From the NCBI RefSeq assembly GCF_000143415.4, contig NW_003314310.1, positions 1,048,611 to 1,112,610 on the forward strand: 64,000 nt of DNA. Reading direction: 5' to 3'. Under the pieces are notes generated by a model. The model searched no databases. It was not told where the DNA came from and worked only from the letters and a program-made list of their open reading frames with translations. This document shows positions 53,383-64,000 of this stretch, piece by piece (positions within the stretch are counted from its first letter, which is position 1; every line of letters starts with the position of its first letter). This DNA is from Selaginella moellendorffii (Eukaryota > Plantae > Lycopodiophyta). The position numbers were made by a program, and so were the translations under genes.

Positions 53383-56300
53383 TGTGAGTGCATGGAATAT
53401 GGAAAGGAAATACAGAAATGTGCATATCAATTAGCCCAAAAACCCTAGCTTATATACAGGAGCGAGTGGTCCGGATTGAAACTAATCCAACGGCTACCAA
53501 AATCCCACTACACTAATATTAGTATACGGCATTGTAGCCGTACACTTGGCCCTCACATATCCCCTCCTCTCGGAATAATGGAAGGCAGTCAGGGTTCTCT
53601 TGTAAAACCCCAATAGCAGTTGCAAAGGTGCTAACAAGAGCACCAACTTCCACCCAACGAGTCAAGTAGTCAGAAGCAATAATAACATACTCATTGCCAG
53701 CAGTCGATCGTGGAAAAGGTCCCATAAGATCAAATGCCACCAACTCAAACGGACGGGAAACTGCAATTGACTCCAACCGTCCTTCCGTAGCACAAGGGGG
53801 AGTATTACAAGCTTGGCACCAAACGCAGTTACGCACATACTGGATAACATCACGTCGCATCTCCGGCCAATAGAAAGACCTGCGCAGCTTTTCGGTCACA
53901 CGACGATGTCTTATATGCCCATATAGAACAGGAGAATCATGGTAGGCATGGAGAAACCACGGAATAAAGATAGAAGGCACCACCAGCCGTAAAGGATCAT
54001 CAGGATCCGTCCCCACAAAATAAAGGAGGCCATCTTCAAGACGATATTGAGAATGTAAATGCCGAAAAGGCAAGTCATCAGCAAGTGATGCAGGATTCTC
54101 AAATGCATCTCGAAGCCTTCGAATCCACAGCTCAATATTTTGAGCCTCACGAACCTCATCAAGAGAAGGTAGATTTTGCTCTGCACTTTGTGGACACTGA
54201 ACGTCAAGTACAGCAACCGCCGATGGCATAGAATCCTCGTCTAGAAAATCCATAGATGCTGGAACAACAGGCTTATCAGAAACATAAGAAGAGAGCGGAG
54301 AAGGAAGAAGATCTCAAGAAAGAACATTAGCATCAGCCATAGAACTCTCTGGGCGATGAACAACATCAAAATTATATATCTGAAGCTTCAAAGCCCACCG
54401 AGCAGTACGACCAACCAGGTTCTTTCGCTTCAATAATGAAGTAACGGCAGCATGATCACCTTCATGTAATGTCCAAGAACCATGTAGATATGCATGAAGT
54501 TTCTCGAAACCCCAAACTGCCGCTAAACACTCCTTCTCTGTCGTGGAGTAGTTCACTTCTGCTAGTTGTAACGTACGGCTTATATATGCAATGGGATGAC
54601 GCTGACCAAGCACACTCGGGCTTTCTTGCATCAACACACCTCCAAGACCAATATCAGAAGCATCTACGCGCAAAATAAAAAGTTGAGTGTAGTCAGGATA
54701 TGCCAAAACCGGAGGAGTCGTTAACAGCTCTTTGAGATTCACAAACGCCTGCTCACAATCTGAAGACTAGATGAAAGATGACGTTGATGACTTTAACAAC
54801 ACTTGCAACGGTGCAGTGCGATCAAAAAAATGATCCACAAAACGACCAAAATACTGCACCTTGCCCAGGAAGCACTGCACATCATTCACACACTTCGGAG
54901 TAGGGAACTTTAGAACGGCTACAAGTTTGTCAAGATCAACTTGCAAACCTTCACGAGAAATACGGTACCCAAGATAAGTTGTGTCCTTGGATCCAAACAC
55001 GCACTTCGACCGCTTCAGCTTTAAACCAACATCTTGTAGCCGATCCAACACTTTACACACATCACGAATGTGCTCCTCTCACATCCCCTCCGAGTGAATC
55101 AAGACATCATCAATAAAGTCAACAGTCACCTCTGGCATATCACAAAGAACCTCGTCCATTATCCGCTAGAAAGTTGCTGGAGCATTGTTCAAACCAAACG
55201 GCATCACTAAGAACTCGTACAAACCAAATGGTGTATGAAAAGCACTCTTAGGAATATTTTCTTCTGCCATCGGTACTTGCCAGTACCCAGAAGCAAGATC
55301 GAGCTTGGTGAACCAACGACTTTGCCCTAGACGATCCAAGAGATCAGCCGTGTGAGGAAGAGGGTACACATCTGGGATCGTTACTTCATTTAACGGACGA
55401 TAGTTGATGCAGAAACGAATACTCCCATCAGGCTTCATCACAATATGAGGTTCACATGCCCAAGGACTCCGCGACTTCCGAATAACACCCTTCTCTAACA
55501 TCTCCTTGACGTTTGCACGTAAAATCTTGATCTCCTTGGGTGACCGACGACGAACAGGAACCTTGATTGGATGAGCATCCCCAGTTGGAATTGGATGACG
55601 TGTGGCAATCTTGGCCCCAAAGGATAGGTCAAATTCAAAGAGATCAGAATACTCCTTCATGAGCTGATCAACAGCTACAACACAAAGATCTTCGGAGGGA
55701 TCGGAAAAGGGAAGAGCAGAACAAGATAGAAACATAGGAGGAAATAGTGGGGAAACAAAAGTAATAGAAGCAGAGGTAGAAGTAAAGGGACAAAGAGGTA
55801 CGGAAGTGAGAGGAATGGATGAAACATAAGGAAGTATGAGACAAGGGGGAGAAACCTCAAAGTCACACTTGGCATGATTGCGCTGCAATCAATCTATACC
55901 AAGAATGAGGTCAAAAGCTTGACTCAGCACCACCCGCAACGACTGCAACTCAAGCTCGAGATCGCCCACACGCACAACCAGGTTCGCCTCATCTCGTGCA
56001 CATGCATGTGTATGGCCATTGCCATAAAGAATGAAAACTGGATCTACCGCATGACGCAAGTGTAGACAACAACGTGTGGCAACAGGTCGAGCAATAGAAG
56101 ATAAACTCGAACCTGTATCAACCAACACGGAGAGAAGAATAGGAGACCTCTTGTTATAAAAACGAGCTTGGAAAGTAAACACTGGATGAACCGGTGCCGA
56201 GTGAACCCCTTAATGATACTCTCGAAAGAAAAATGGAGGGGTCACTAACTTATTCGCGCAAGGTCCCTTCATTACTCGCGTGACTCCTCGTTTTCCGGAT

Positions 56301-57613
56301 GCACCTCGGTGTCCAAACTTTCCACCGCAGCAACACCAACAGGACGTTGCTGACGCCAAGGTCTCCATCTAGGAAATGGAGGTCGCCAATCCGGAAAGCA
56401 TCGACAACACCGATAAGTATGACCAACTTCATCACACGCCCAGCAACGAACATCACGACCACGACCACGTCCTCGCCCTTGTCCGTGGACTCGAGTAGCA
56501 GCAGCATCAACCTCCATTGGAACAGGACCATCACTCATAGGAAGTGGAGCTGAAGGACGTGTAGCAAGAAGTGGAAGAGGCGACGTCTCATAACGTTGTG
56601 CCAAGCGAAGAGCATCGTCAAGGGTGGTAGGAGCAAGTGCATGCACAAGGCCAACAAGATCTTGACGAAGTGCTGGCCACAACATTCCTAGCTTGATCCG
56701 CTCCGACATATTAGGCTCCGCACGAAGCAAAAGACTTCGGAAACGAACGCCAAATTGCATCACCGACTCAGATGGCCCTTGGCGAAGACAATGCAATTGT
56801 TGGAAGGCATCGTCACAATCGTCAGCATGTCCGAAGGCGCGTTTGAAGACGTCCGGAAGAACACTCCAATCCCCACGAGTGGCCGCACTCAATCCATTGT
56901 ACCACTACAATGCCGTCCCTTGGAGACACGTGGGAAACTCACGCAAACGTCGAGCATCATCCCAAGAATGATATGTAGCAATCACCATGAAGTGATCGAA
57001 CCAATGGTACACATCATCCCCAGGATTCCCAAGAAAGAACTCTGGCCAAACGCGAGGATTGGCACCAAGAGCAGGAGGAGTTGGACCACGTGCTGTGAAT
57101 GCCACTATCAATTGAGTTTGGTTGTTCAATTGCAAGTGCATAGCATCAAGCAATTGAACCAACTGCTACTCTAGAGTCAAAGGAGGAGATTGCGAATCGG
57201 CCATGAAGATGAACGAAAAAAAAAAGAGCAAAAGAAGAGAAATGACAAAAAGCTGGAAAGAAATGGTAGATCTAGACAATGCAAAAAGCTAGATCTAAAC
57301 CAAAATCCTGAAAGGAAAGAACAAAAGAAAGGAAATGGAAAAAGCTAGATTTAAACGATGCAAAAGCTAGATCCAAACTGAAATTTCAAATCCAAGCACT
57401 CCCCAGGGACAATCAAAGGTGCCCCTCACCTCCACCAATGTGAGTGCATGGAATATGGAAAGGAAATACAGAAATGTGCATATCAATTAGCCCAAAAACC
57501 CTAGCTTATATATAGGAGCGAGTGGTCCGGATTGAAACCAATCTGATGGCTACCAAAATCCCACTATGCTAATATTAGTATACGGCATTGTAGCTGTACA
57601 CTTGGCCCTCACA
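53383..57613 (-). mobile_element. Ty3/Gypsy LTR retrotransposon (gag, PR, RT, RNaseH, truncated INT), inactivated by stops; LTRs 53383-53557 and 57439-57613
   Basis: 175-bp TGTGAG...CTCACA LTRs, CTAG on both flanks, PBS TGGTGGAGGTGAGGGG, PPT GAGAGGAGGGGATA; CWACDEVGH knuckle, VDTGS, MPFGLNNAPATF, FIDD, VDASD, H-H-C-C integrase zinc finger. Confidence 0.96.
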
Positions 57614-58796
57614 CTAGGAAGTTTTTAAGAAATTTTATAAATCATAAATACAAGATAAATTTAAATGAATAACAACCATTAGATGGTAGAATATCCTAAA
57701 ATATCCTAGCATATTTTAAGTATATCCCTTATAGGTTTGCTTAAGCAAACCAAAAACTTCACCTAGTTAATATTGGAAATGCAGTACATTTCAGAACAAA
57801 TATGATAGAACAAGTCAACATAGCATGTCTAATTTATAAGGCAATCAGCCATCCTATCCCAATTATACATTTGGGAATGCCCCCTACAAAGATAGTGTCG
57901 TACTAGCAATGCTACTTTTTGTGTTAATATGAAGCCACTGCCACAATACACATAATTTCTTTAGCATTATCCAGCTTCTATGACTCTACAGGGATACCCC
58001 AAGCTGCTCATGTTTGACCCATCCCAAAGTATACAATTCACCAGTAGTTGAAAACATTAGAGCTCTAGCCTGAATTGAAAGAATAAAGCTCTCCATAAAC
58101 CATCAACAACAGGAAAGTGCTCATATCTAGCACCTATGGAATGTTGTACCTGCTGTAAATTTTATGTTCAATCTCCCATTTATAAATGCTGTAATATTTA
58201 TCGCAGATTATTTTTTTATTTTACTAAATAAAAAAAAAAAAAACGATTGAGAGGATCCAAATTGATGATGCATGCAGATTAGTCTCCAAAAAATTCCTTT
58301 TTCTCCACACTTTAAGATAATGAGAGTGTGGTACCTGTATTAAGACTTGGCATCTTCATATGCAAGAAATGGTACATAAGCATTTAATTGATTACTAAAT
58401 TCTTTTCCTGGCTAGTGCTGCCAGAAAATGGAATTGATTTCTTTTGACTAGTATGATGTTTTTGATCAAAATTAGGTACTATAATAAGACAAATATATAG
58501 TGTGATAGAATACACTAAGTGCACTTATATGAAGCTTAGAATAGAACCAATAAAAATAAGGTTTTCAAAACTAGCAATGATTTATATATTTGGGCCATAT
58601 ATAAATATTAGGTCGTAAAGATTATTTTAAATAATTTGTTATCAAATGTATTGTTTCAATAAGATTACGATAGAAAAAATAAAGTATTTTAGAAATATAT
58701 TTTTCTTACAAGATTTTTTATTTTGTTTATCTATATCAATCGGTCAAGTAAATAGAATAAAGACATATTAATATTAATATTAATGTATATTTACAG

Positions 58797-59610
58797 ATGA
58801 ATCAATTTTTTAGGTTAAATAAATCCTTCAGTCCATACTTATCACTTTTTTATGTTTTATTTAATTTTTGTAGTATACAATTTACTACTGCCCCAATTAA
58901 ACATGAAACTATTGGAAGAATTGGAATTTTAAATCCACATGAAATTGATAATGTTATAGAACCTGTGACAAATGAACTAAAATATAAAACACCCTGAAAA
59001 CATATGGTAATAATATTAAAGTACTAACTTCTAAAGGATTCATTGATATCATTATTAAAACAAAGTATCAATGTAGTATTACATCTACACCTGAAACTGT
59101 TAATGGTGAAAGTTTAAAATTAGGTTTGAAAATCTTTTATATGGTAGTATTAGTTCTTTAAAGTAAACTTATCTGACTTTTTTGAAAGGGAAACTGTTAA
59201 TTATTTTATACAATATAAACTCAGAGGCAGTCCTGGACTTTTATTGAAAAAAGAATTATATTATAACTTTTATTTTAATAATGATTTTTACTGCAATCTT
59301 AAAACTAGTAGTTTGATTTTTGGTTTTAAGTTATTTACTGATAACTTTTTGATATCTCCAAATGGTAAAAATCTATTGCTATTGGATTCTACTTGTAGTC
59401 TTGTATTATATTCAGGAAATACTTTAATTTGGAAAACTAAAAGTCCTTACGAAAAGGTTTTCCAAAATTGTTTTCTAGTCTTACAACTTGACCATAATCT
59501 GGTTTTATATGATAATAAAGAATCCATGTGACATAAAGATAATTATTGTGAATTACCAATATTATTTACTCAGAATGACTGTAATTTACTAATATATTTT
59601 GCAAATTGAA
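58797..59610 (+). pseudogene. Very AT-rich, intronless, frameshifted ORF ending in a bulb-type (GNA/B) lectin-like domain
   Basis: LISPNGKNLLLLDSTCSLVLYSGNTLIWKT...FLVLQLDHNLVLYD...*...TQNDCNLLIY; hydrophobic N-terminus at 58797. Confidence 0.6.
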
Positions 59611-59957
59611 ACAATGATCAAACTATTTACATTTTTAGGATGTAATGCCATGGTCACATGTTTGTGCTGCTCAAAGTATCACAACTAGTGTTTTCCAGTG
59701 ATAGAGTTGACGCCTGCCGCGACTACATAACTTCAGAGTGTAAATGTAAGTTGTTATGGTCTTCAGACAAAGCGTATAATATATAAAGCCGAACTTGGAA
59801 CGGTTGGTAGGCACGATTGATCATGTCAAACCTCGAGACTGCCAAGAATTTGCTAGAAAATAAAAATTAAAAGCTGCACTGTGTTCTCCATATGGTATCC
59901 ACACTTGAAAGCCCTTGCTATATAGCTTGGTTTCTTTCTCTAGGGCTTAAAGCAGCA

Positions 59958-60770
59958 ATGGGTTTCGGTGTGCACGTCCTTGACGCTGTGGAGCACCACA
60001 CGCACACGGTCATTCTTCTCCACGGCCGCGGCAGCAACGCTGAGGAGTTTGTGGAAGACCTCCAAGGTATGACCACGTCCAGCGGGCAATCGCTGTTTGC
60101 CCACTTCCCAGGCGTTCGCTGGGTGTTCCCAAGCGCGCAAACTCTCTGGTCGAGCCAGTTCTTGGAGGCGATGAGCACCTGGTTTGATGCGCCGTCGCTG
60201 ACGGACATGAGCAAGAACAAGCACCTCCAGGTCCCCGGATTGAAGAGCTCGGTGGAGTTCGTGCGTGGGGTGATCCAAGACGAGGTCGCGCGTCTCGGTG
60301 GTGACGCCGCCAAGGTGGTGCTGGGCGGTATCAGCCAGGGACAAGCCACGGCGCTGCACGTCCTGCTGGGTGGAAGCCACAAGCTCGGAGGATTCGTGGG
60401 TGCTAGCGGATGGCTTCCTTTCGCGGACGAAGTGGAAGGACTCGGTTCTCTCGCAGAGGTCTCTTCCCATTTTCGTGGAAAGCTTGGGCTGGAATTGGAC
60501 GAAGAGATTCAAGGTGGCGGGGTTGAGGAGACGCCGGTTTTCCTGGGACATGGCACCGACGATGAGATGGTGGACGTGAAGTTTGGGAGGCAAGCGCGTG
60601 ACGTGCTCAAGGCTGCGAAGGTGAAGAACTTGACGTGGAAGGAGTACGTGGGTGCCGAGCTTGACGGGCACTGGTTCAAGGAGCCGGAAGAAATGGACGA
60701 CATTGTGGCGTTCCTCAAGGACTGCTTTGTTGATTCCTTGGGTAGTGATCTCATACAAGTGAAGCTATAG
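59958..60770 (+). CDS. Phospholipase/carboxylesterase (acyl-protein thioesterase-like alpha/beta hydrolase), intronless
   Basis: LLHGRGS oxyanion motif, GISQG nucleophile, HGTDDEMV acid and GHW histidine; TATA-like CTATATAG at ~59918 favours the ATG at 59958. Confidence 0.93.
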   Translation: MGFGVHVLDAVEHHTHTVILLHGRGSNAEEFVEDLQGMTTSSGQSLFAHFPGVRWVFPSAQTLWSSQFLEAMSTWFDAPSLTDMSKNKHLQVPGLKSSVEFVRGVIQDEVARLGGDAAKVVLGGISQGQATALHVLLGGSHKLGGFVGASGWLPFADEVEGLGSLAEVSSHFRGKLGLELDEEIQGGGVEETPVFLGHGTDDEMVDVKFGRQARDVLKAAKVKNLTWKEYVGAELDGHWFKEPEEMDDIVAFLKDCFVDSLGSDLIQVKL

Positions 60771-60910
60771 TTCCATTTGAGTGGTGATCCGATCAGGTAA
60801 AGCTATATTTCCATGATCCAAACAAGCGACGCTATAGTTCTCAAAATAAGTGAAGCTATAATTCCATTTTCCTTGTGACCTCTTCCAGATTTGAATTTTA
60901 GGGCTTGGCT

Positions 60911-62449
60911 ATGGCCGTGTGGAGCTGGGGGGCGGGAACGCAGGGCCAGCTTGGATTGGGGACGATGATCGACGCACTGCTGCCACAAGCCATGGATCCG
61001 CCACTTCGAATTCTGGACATGGCTTGTGGAGGCGCCCATGCCGCAGCGATTTTGGGTATGGTGTTCGCGAGATTTTGTTTGACTCTGGATTGATCTCTCT
61101 TGTATGGAGATGGAGGACGTGTGGCGACGTGGGGGCGAGGATTGATTGGTCACGAGGGCGATTCCGAGAAGGATGCTGCCGCTGTTGTTGCTGTTCCAAG
61201 TGTAGTAGAATTTTTTGGAGGTCACAGAGTTTGTGAAGTAGCTGCTGGATGGAACCACACCGCATTTGTCACTGGTACGATAGATCAATTCTCTTCTTCT
61301 TTCTTTGTGACTTTTCTTCTTCTTTTCTTTTCCCTCCAAGAATCCGGGGAGCTTTTCACCTGTGGAGATGGAGCTTTTGGACAACTCGGCCATGGAGACT
61401 TTGTAAGTCGAGGAACTCCCTGTAAAGTTCTGGCTCTTTCCAATGCTTTCAAAGTTGCCTGTGGAATGCGCCACACACTGGTTCTCTCCGGTAAAAATTT
61501 TCTTCTTGCTTGGTTGCGTGCTTTGCATCCAAGTCGTGAGTGAATCTATGTATCTGTTTCTTTCTCTTTTATCTTCTAACAATGAGGGATGCAGGAGAAG
61601 GTGATGGTCGAGTTGTCAAAGCTTTTGGACTAGCCAAGCGTGGTCAGCTCGGCAGCCTTTCGTCCAAAGAGCTTAACAAAGTGGCTTCTCCCCAAGCAAT
61701 TCCATCGCTCGACTCCTACGGTGTTTCGATTGTGGCAGCAAATGGAGACCACAGTGCAGCTTTGAGTGGTGAGTCCTCAAAGAAAATTTGTTTCTCCAGG
61801 AAGTATTTTCCATCTTTTGGCAGGCAGTGGCCAGCTTTATCTCTGGGGAAAAGCATTTGATGATCAATCGGGTGCTTACGTACCGTTCCTCGCAAGTGAA
61901 GAGCTTAAGTTCCACCGAGTTTCTCTCGGCTGGAACCATGGCCTTGGTCTTACAGGTACCACACTCTGGTACCATTTTAACCCGTTTTTGTAAGCAGTGT
62001 CCTGCAGAGGACGGGGAAGCTATTTCTTGGGGGACTAATCGGCATGGTCAACTCGGATCCTCTAGATGGTTCGTTTTTCCTTTATTTCTTGGTTCGTTTC
62101 AAAACAAGAATATAATCAGTGACAAATGTTGCAGCATAAGCGAAAGGTCGAACATCAAGTTTTATAGAGTACAAGGGTTGGAAAAACACAGAGTAGTTTC
62201 CATATCTGCTGGATCCGAGCACTCTGCCGCTGTTGATGGTTTGTGGAGAGCTTTGATCTTTTTGTTGATGCTAAAGGTCTAATGTTTTCAGCTGCTGGTG
62301 ACCTGTATACGTGGGGATGGGGCGAACACGGGCAGCTTGGGCTTGGCCATGTAAACGACGAGAGGCATCCTTGTAGAGTAGTAGTTGGACAATGCCAAAG
62401 AAGTCGTGTATGTTGTGGCAGTGGCTTCACGTTTGCATTTTGCAATTGA
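60911..62449 (+). CDS. RCC1-repeat protein (RCC1/UVR8 family), multi-exon
   Basis: WSWGAGTQGQLG, MACGGAHA, AAGWNHT, VACGMRHT, ISAGSEHS, WGWGEHGQLG, CGSGFT. Confidence 0.93.
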
Positions 62450-63149
62450 CCTGTAGGACATTGTTATAACTTCGGTATACTCGAATACAATTCCCACAGA
62501 ATATATAAACATTTGCTTATTTAAAATTTAAATTTTTATTACTTGCTGTAATTTAGTAAAGTTTAACCATAAACTTTTAACTTTCCATTTTAATCTCATG
62601 GAATATACTTGCAGAAGTTATATGAAACACCACAATTTAGTTTGCTTGAATGCTGCTTACGGGCAAAACATTGCAAGGCTCCAACTGTTGTTTGCAAGCT
62701 CCTCAGAAAGATTTGAAATACGTGATACTCTGTCGTGAAAGTACAGCATCTAGAGTACCCCAAACTCTCGTTCTATTACATGCCAGAGTGTAGCATAGTG
62801 TCGCAGGCAGTAGTGCGATCCAAGATACCAGATTCCCTTCTGGATTGCAAGAAACAAAGCTTTAGCGAGTTCTATGTGGCCCAAGCTAGAATATGATGTT
62901 AGGATTAAATTGTAGCATATACGCAAAGTGGGCATCATGCGGATGAAAGCAAGCATTTCCAGTCTAGATTTCAGTCCTGGTTTCAATCACAAGTCCAAGC
63001 CAATGACCCCTGTTGTAAGCCTAGACTCCAGTTGTAACTTTTCACTGCAGCATCGTGAAATGCTACAAATGATGCGATTCTGATATTCGTATCGACGTCA
63101 GCAAATGTACAAAACTCATAGAAACAAAACTCTGGTAACTGCACGCGCA

Positions 63150-64000
63150 GTTCAGACCAGTAAAAGTGCAGGATCTTCGTTCCTGATGACATCCTCTGGA
63201 AGAAATATTACCCGTAAACATATTGAAAAGGAGACGTAAACAAACTTACCAGGAGAGGCATCAAATACGAAACTGAACAACTGCTGGTAAGGAACCGATC
63301 GCTTCTGCACCACAAGTGCCAGTTTCAAAGCCGAAGCAGAGTGTGCTGCAAAATTCCCGCTCTCTTGATCAGTATTCGGCCCATAGCGAGTCAGAGCCAG
63401 GACATTCGGCGACAACCCCCGAGCCTTCCAGAAAGTGTTTGTAGCTCGGAACTTTCCAGATGCTCGACTCCGTGAGGTTCCACAGTTTCCCAAGGTACTG
63501 GGCTTGGAAGTCTAGAAAGTTTTGCACGAGCAAGCTACGAACCTTGTTCCTGACAAATTCGTGCAGAACACGAATCAGCAGCTCGTCCGACAAGAGATAC
63601 TTGAGTCGCTGGTTCTCAGAGGCGAGCCTGTTTAGCTTCTCCTCAGTGTCCTTGATCCTTTGAGAAAGCTGAGCTATCACGTCTGGCGCTTCCTCCTGGG
63701 GCGCTTCCTCATGAGGTGCTGCCTCCTGGGACTGGACAACTTTGGCTGTGTAAAAACAGCCTTAGTGTTACCGAAGGGGAAGTAAACGAAAGAAGATAGG
63801 ACAGTCACACCTTCGAGCACAAGAGATGTCGCGGATTTCCATAAAGATGGCGAAAGATTGGGCACGCTCTCTGCAAAAAATGTGGTCAAGATCGAAATGC
63901 TGAAAAGAGAAGCTATTATCTTCAGATCTTTCAGGACAGGCCAGAACGATCTCCTTCATCTGCTTCCAGTATTCAAAAGTTTGCTTGTCTAGAACAATTG
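63150..64000 (-). other. Probable 3' part of an uncharacterised gene or pseudogene with a coiled coil; runs off the window edge
   Basis: Spliceable segments EAAPHEEAPQEEAPDVIAQLSQRIKDTEEKLNRLASENQRLKYLL and ESGNFAAH; no family recognised. Confidence 0.4.

Larger units (their letters stand above)
49793..57768. mobile_element. AT-rich non-autonomous element with ~260-bp terminal inverted repeats (49793-50053 vs 53281-53382 + 57618-57768), MULE/foldback-like, carrying nested retroelements
   Basis: Left arm CTTAAGCAAACCT...ATAAATTTCCATT is the reverse complement of the right arm once the Gypsy insertion is removed; no TSD identified. Confidence 0.65.

Noticed and set aside
59529-59531. TGA at an expected Trp, hinting at genetic code 4 in the AT-rich lectin ORF
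   Set aside because: Single case, TGG is used elsewhere in the same ORF, and frameshifts show general decay
60911-62449. Possible UVR8 photoreceptor orthologue
   Set aside because: Lacks the repeated GWRHT motifs and the C-terminal VP region; called only as RCC1 family

Overview
Gene-dense land-plant nuclear DNA with very short introns (mostly about 50-70 bp) and tiny intergenic gaps. Gene content and compactness fit a lycophyte such as Selaginella (inference). About 20 intact multi- or single-exon genes: anthranilate synthase beta, DUF2358, a secreted knottin-like peptide, pTAC5, OST48, CesA, NAA38, a short LHP1, biotin carboxylase, a metallophosphoesterase, F-box, R2R3-MYB, SEC14, ILR1-like hydrolase, COX23-like, WDR7-like, CRK, METTL4-like, a carboxylesterase and an RCC1-repeat protein. 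Also tRNA-Thr(TGT), tRNA-Ser(AGA), several pseudogenes and two TE-rich zones (1-1.3 kb and 49.8-57.8 kb). Most notable: (i) a disrupted Crinkler/RHS-type coiled-coil + P-loop NTPase + REase-fold gene; (ii) Cassandra-type TRIMs with 5S rRNA promoter sequence in their LTRs; (iii) two gene pairs that look co-transcribed (COX23-like stop 21 nt in frame before the WDR7-like ATG; NAA38 apparently overlapping a 5'-leader intron of LHP1); (iv) an intronless fungal-looking carboxylesterase beside a very AT-rich lectin remnant; (v) a Gypsy element with a -1 frameshift signal nested in a long-TIR element. All assignments are by eye, without database searches, and exon boundaries are approximate.
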